In this document: one piece after another, positions 32,354 to 35,741 of the stretch | How positions within the stretch are numbered: the first letter of the stretch is position 1 | Layout of the letters: every line of letters starts with the position of its first letter | Assembly (NCBI GenBank): GCA_001795035.1 | Contig: MGMW01000032.1 | Location: 1-35,741, forward strand | Source of the DNA: Chloroflexi bacterium RBG_13_53_26 | GTDB lineage: Bacteria > Chloroflexota > Dehalococcoidia > UBA2247 > RBG-13-53-26 | Direction of reading: 5' to 3' | DNA: 35,741 bases | Notes under the pieces: generated by a model | Databases searched by the model: none | The model's input: only the letters and a program-made list of their open reading frames with translations | What the model was told of the DNA's origin: nothing | Program-made: the position numbers and the translations under genes

Positions 32354-32827
32354 TTGATCATCAAAGGAGAGAAGTTGAAGGTAGAAAAGGCTAGGATTTC
32401 TGATGCTCCACAGATACACAAGTTGGCAAATCACTTTGCTGAAAAGGGAGTGATGTTACCACGTGCGCTAAGTGAGATATTCGAAAACGTCAGAGACTTT
32501 TTTGTTGTCAGGGATGGAGATATTGTTGTTGCCTGTGCCGCCCTTCACGTCTACTGGTCTGACTTGGCTGAGATCAGAGGTGTGGCGGTAAGCGAAGACT
32601 GCCAGGGCCAAGGAGTAGGGGCAAAACTCGTGGAAGCGTGCTTAGATGAAGCAAGGGCGCTGGGTATCCCCAGAATTTTCTGCCTGACCTACAAGGCGGC
32701 CTTTTTTGAAAAGCAGGGATTTCGGCAAGTGGACAAGCTGGAGCTCCCAAGGAAGGTTTGGTCAGAGTGCTACCGTTGTCCCAAATTCCCGGACTGCGAC
32801 GAGGTTGCTTTGACCTGCGACATTTGA
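32354..32827 (+). CDS. GNAT N-acetyltransferase, short ArgA-like (amino-acid N-acetyltransferase-like)
   Basis: The RGVAVSEDCQGQGVGAKLVEACLDEAR acetyl-CoA-binding motif (Q/RxxGxG/A) is present. The C-terminal 'LPRKVWSECYRCPKFPDCDEVAL' is typical of the short ArgA-like GNATs. TTG 32375 (GGAG 5 nt upstream) is probably the real start. Confidence 0.82.
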   Translation: MIIKGEKLKVEKARISDAPQIHKLANHFAEKGVMLPRALSEIFENVRDFFVVRDGDIVVACAALHVYWSDLAEIRGVAVSEDCQGQGVGAKLVEACLDEARALGIPRIFCLTYKAAFFEKQGFRQVDKLELPRKVWSECYRCPKFPDCDEVALTCDI

Positions 32828-32842
32828 ATACTGGGAGGGAAA

Positions 32843-33379
32843 GTGTTGGGTGAGTCCAGAGAGCAGCTATTACACAGTCAGCGAGTATATCAAGGGCGAG
32901 CAGTTCAGCTTAAGGTTGACACTGTGCGGAAGGCTGGCGGTAGAGAAACAACGCGAGAAGTTGTGGAACATAGCGACTGTGTAGCTATCCTTGCTATTGA
33001 TGCGGAAGACAATTTGCTTTTGGTTCGGCAGTTTCGCCATGCAGTGGACAAGGATCTTATAGAGATTCCTGCTGGTGGCATTGAGCCTGGCGAGACTCCT
33101 GACCAGGCAGTCTGCCGCGAGTTGCGAGAGGAAACAGGCTATTTGCCGAACCAGATCAAGAGGTTGGGAGGATTCTACTCTGCCCCAGGCTATTGCACAG
33201 AGTATTTGCACCTCTATCTTGCCACTCATCTTGTGCTCAGTCCTTTGCAGGCTGATGATACTGAGAGCATTGAGGTAGTGCGTGTAGCCTCTGCTGATGT
33301 TCCGAATCTGATTGCCTCAGGCAGGATTTGCGATGCCAAGAGTATTGCTGGGTTGCTGAGTATTTCCCTCTTTCAGTGA
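32843..33379 (+). CDS. NUDIX hydrolase (ADP-ribose pyrophosphatase-like)
   Basis: The Nudix box is GGIEPGETPDQAVCRELREETGY. The N-terminal 'YQGRAVQLKVDTV' is typical of NudF-type enzymes. GTG start with GGGAGGGAAA upstream. Confidence 0.9.
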   Translation: MLGESREQLLHSQRVYQGRAVQLKVDTVRKAGGRETTREVVEHSDCVAILAIDAEDNLLLVRQFRHAVDKDLIEIPAGGIEPGETPDQAVCRELREETGYLPNQIKRLGGFYSAPGYCTEYLHLYLATHLVLSPLQADDTESIEVVRVASADVPNLIASGRICDAKSIAGLLSISLFQ

Positions 33380-33426
33380 ATTCTTTGTGGCAGTTGGCGA
33401 TTTGATGGATGGACGAGGGAGAGTTT

Positions 33427-35741
33427 TCAGCGGGGCGTTGTGCCATCCTTCCTACTGCAGAATCTGATGATCTCGGCAAAATTGCTTAGCTTGGACAGAT
33501 TGTTGGTCTCCAGAAATCCATCGTAGGTCAGATTGATCCACGGTTTCCCGTGCATTCTGCTGAACTTCTCAGACATAGCGGCCACAATTCCTCCAGGCAT
33601 GCAGCCATGGGGCATTACCGATATTACACCGGCAATATTGGGGTTCTCTATCCATTCGATCCCCACTCCTATGCTGAGAACTGCCTCGCTGCCACACTTT
33701 GGGGAGAGGTGCTGGCTTGAATATGACAATATCTCTTTGATCGATGGCTCTCGAGTGTCAACGAGGCCGTTGAAATTTGAGACCACTGAACGTTCATCGC
33801 GCTCCAACTGAAATCGTCGCAGGTAACCGGTCACAACCTTCCTTAGCTTCCTGTCTCGGACACCATCCTCGATGTTCCTATGAGTGATGTACTTCAGCCA
33901 CTCGCTCATCGGGGAAACCGTGGCCTCAACACCTGCCTTTTCACACTCTCTCACCAGGTCTCTGTTGCTGAATCTGTTGGATCGTAAGTATATCTCGCCA
34001 TTGATACCGACGATTGGCCTTCTTGGTTCGTTTGAGTCGATGAGGGAATTGAATTTTGTGGTTACCTCTCTTAAATAGTCATCTAAGTCCTCGCGCCTGC
34101 GGATACGGTTGGCAAGAATAGACAGACATTCGCTGAACAGGGCGTCCGTTACCCCCGCCGATTTCTCGTATGGACGGGTTCTCCAGAGGAGCTTCTCCAG
34201 ATAGTCCACAGCCACGATGCCCTTCCAGGCGAGTCGCTCAAAATCTGTACCGAGGTTCAAGTCGCGGTATGCGTTATTTGAAACGGTGGTACGGATTTTC
34301 AGGTCAAAGCCGATTTCTCTGAGTATCCTGGCTTGCTCCACGGCATATTTCCCGAACCGACAAGGTCCGAAGGCGCTGGCCATAAATCCTTCGACATCTT
34401 CTGGTCCGAAATCGTAGCTATCTGTTTCATGGAAGAACCTCATGAAATCGCCAAGACTCACGCGGTATGGCAGGCATTCTTTCCCGGAAGTCAGCCGATT
34501 GCTGTAGAGGAGGTTTCTATCATCTGGCTCAGGAAGCACGACAGCCTTTACTCCGAAGGCTTGCATTGCGGCCCCGAGTGCGTCGGCATGTGGGGCCATT
34601 CTTGGTATCAAGACGACCTTGTGTGAATTGACGGTTGTTGGAGCGGTGCGTCGGATATCTCTACTGTCGACTGGGAGGCCGTACGATTTTGAACAGCGGG
34701 CGTGTTGGTTTATGGTATCGACAAACGCCTCGAGTCTAGTAACGATGCCAGCCTCTGCTGCGTGTTCATCGATCTCCAACTGACCCAGCGGCTTGCTACC
34801 CATGATATCTTGAACAACGTTTAGCACGAACGAGTTGGGACCGCAGCCGAAGTTGGTCAAGACCAATCCGTATAACTGTGGGTCTAGTGCTGTTAACGCT
34901 GCACCAGCGATGTGTTTGCTTTCACTGAGCCAATAGGGCCTGTCGGAGTATTTCATGACATTCACAGAGTGTAGTGGCAGAAAATCCAGTGGGATAGGCA
35001 CTACGCCGAGTTGGGCCAGTTTTTCAGCGATGCCAAGATTTGCGCCTGAATCCTGGAACATGTATGAACGAGCGAGAATCACCACACCCAGTTGATTGCC
35101 CTGATGAATTCGTTGCAGCAGTTCTTTGCCGCGCTCGACCAATGCTGATTCAAATTCTCGTTGCGCTTCAATGCCAGCCATTGCTGCTGCCTTTCCTTGT
35201 CTCCTTGTGAACCCCATTTGTGCTGCCGCATCCGCCAGGTTGCTGATCAGGTCACTATCCCCTCTGCTGAGGTCCATCACAGGTATCAGCATTCTGTCTT
35301 CAAGATCTAGAACGTGACGTATGATGAATGGTGATGCCTGAACTAGAGGGCAGGAGTATTTCTGGTTTTCATCTCCCTCTTTCAAACCCAGTCGAATAGC
35401 GCAGGGATAGAGGACATGGTCAATCTGGTTGAGGCTTGCCGCATGACCATGGAGTAACTTGAGGGGGAAGCAACTGTCGGTGTAGCCCAGTTCCACGGCT
35501 TCTTCGATGATTTTCTTAGTGGTCTTGCTTGAAAGAACAACTTTTGCCCCCAGTGTATTAAGGAAGCCAATAAGCAACGGAGCGTAGTCATAGACTGCAA
35601 GTGCTCTGGGAATGCCGACCGAGGGTATACCATCCTTCTCTTGGTAGTCCTTGAACAGCAGTCTCTCGCGTTCATCAAAAGCAGTCTCCACTTTCTCGGC
35701 ACCAATCGTGCTGTCGTAGAGATCACACCTGCTGCCATAGA
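33427..35741 (-). CDS. acyl-CoA dehydratase activase-related protein (DUF2229-type, 2-hydroxyacyl-CoA dehydratase-like fold); possibly 5'-truncated by the window edge
   Basis: 'VGIPRALAVYDYAPLLIGFLNTLGAKVVLSSKTTKKIIEEAVELGYTDSCFPLKLLHGHAASL' and a second similar half ('VGINGEIYLRSNRFSNRDLVRECEKAGVEATVSPMSEWL') are the hallmark of this family. The track starts it at GTG 35691. The same frame stays open upstream to the window end (YGSRCDLYDSTIGAEK-), so an N-terminal BcrAD/BadFG ATPase part may lie outside. Confidence 0.8.
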   Translation of the reverse strand, partial: YGSRCDLYDSTIGAEKVETAFDERERLLFKDYQEKDGIPSVGIPRALAVYDYAPLLIGFLNTLGAKVVLSSKTTKKIIEEAVELGYTDSCFPLKLLHGHAASLNQIDHVLYPCAIRLGLKEGDENQKYSCPLVQASPFIIRHVLDLEDRMLIPVMDLSRGDSDLISNLADAAAQMGFTRRQGKAAAMAGIEAQREFESALVERGKELLQRIHQGNQLGVVILARSYMFQDSGANLGIAEKLAQLGVVPIPLDFLPLHSVNVMKYSDRPYWLSESKHIAGAALTALDPQLYGLVLTNFGCGPNSFVLNVVQDIMGSKPLGQLEIDEHAAEAGIVTRLEAFVDTINQHARCSKSYGLPVDSRDIRRTAPTTVNSHKVVLIPRMAPHADALGAAMQAFGVKAVVLPEPDDRNLLYSNRLTSGKECLPYRVSLGDFMRFFHETDSYDFGPEDVEGFMASAFGPCRFGKYAVEQARILREIGFDLKIRTTVSNNAYRDLNLGTDFERLAWKGIVAVDYLEKLLWRTRPYEKSAGVTDALFSECLSILANRIRRREDLDDYLREVTTKFNSLIDSNEPRRPIVGINGEIYLRSNRFSNRDLVRECEKAGVEATVSPMSEWLKYITHRNIEDGVRDRKLRKVVTGYLRRFQLERDERSVVSNFNGLVDTREPSIKEILSYSSQHLSPKCGSEAVLSIGVGIEWIENPNIAGVISVMPHGCMPGGIVAAMSEKFSRMHGKPWINLTYDGFLETNNLSKLSNFAEIIRFCSRKDGTTPR

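Noticed and set aside
1-35741. Whole-window search by eye for rRNA, tRNA, tmRNA, RNase P, SRP RNA, CRISPR arrays, IS or transposase ends, integrases, phage genes, toxin-antitoxin pairs and known defence genes
   Set aside because: None was found. There is no GTTCGAATC-type T-arm context, no spaced direct-repeat array, no DDE or tyrosine recombinase motifs and no nuclease/ATPase defence-like ORFs. A tRNAscan, Infernal or defence-HMM run is still needed to be sure.

Overview
The 35.7-kb window holds about 37 tightly packed protein-coding genes, mostly core metabolism and housekeeping.

**Gene order, left to right**
- Minus strand: a partial phosphotransferase (APH-type) gene, which is absent from the ORF track, and a conserved hypothetical.
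- Plus strand: a DUF1786 ASKHA-like gene.
- Minus strand: a block of DUF167, a beta-roll (GGxGxD) lipoprotein and a HAD phosphatase.
- Plus strand, 12.7 kb: comM/yifB, alaS, ruvX, a compact shikimate operon (aroE, DUF2007, aroC, a xylose-isomerase-like TIM barrel, fused aroK-aroB), hslV, an acyl-CoA dehydrogenase (ACAD) and tgt.
- Minus strand: ROK glucokinase, a cyclophilin-like protein, an AcuC/HDAC-type deacetylase and a J-domain gene interrupted by an in-frame TAG. These are followed by a six-gene acyl-CoA cassette (PNPOx-like protein, two ACADs, a DUF35 protein, a thiolase-like protein and a MaoC-N hotdog).
- Remainder: malQ (+), an SDR (-), then PAC2-family, nadK, ArgA-like GNAT and Nudix genes (+), and a large activase-related (DUF2229-type) gene (-) that stays open to the right edge.

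**Not found by eye:** rRNA, tRNA, CRISPR array, transposase, integrase, phage genes, a recognisable defence system, or any transcription factor.

**Taxonomy:** gene content, frequent GTG/TTG starts and a 'GTCATTCCCG...CGGGAATCC' palindromic element suggest a Chloroflexota-like environmental bacterium. This is a low-confidence inference.

**Most interesting observations**
1. The thiolase-like/DUF35/paired-ACAD/hotdog cassette. Its thiolase-fold protein has lost the HDCF and GHP catalytic motifs, and its ACAD pair looks heteromeric.
2. The shikimate operon, where an uncharacterised TIM barrel and a DUF2007 protein are translationally coupled into the operon and no aroD/aroQ is present.
3. The amber-interrupted DnaJ/CbpA-like gene.
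4. A small TGA-interrupted ORF upstream of the SDR.

I cannot claim a clearly novel system here. All calls are by-eye motif recognition without database searches.
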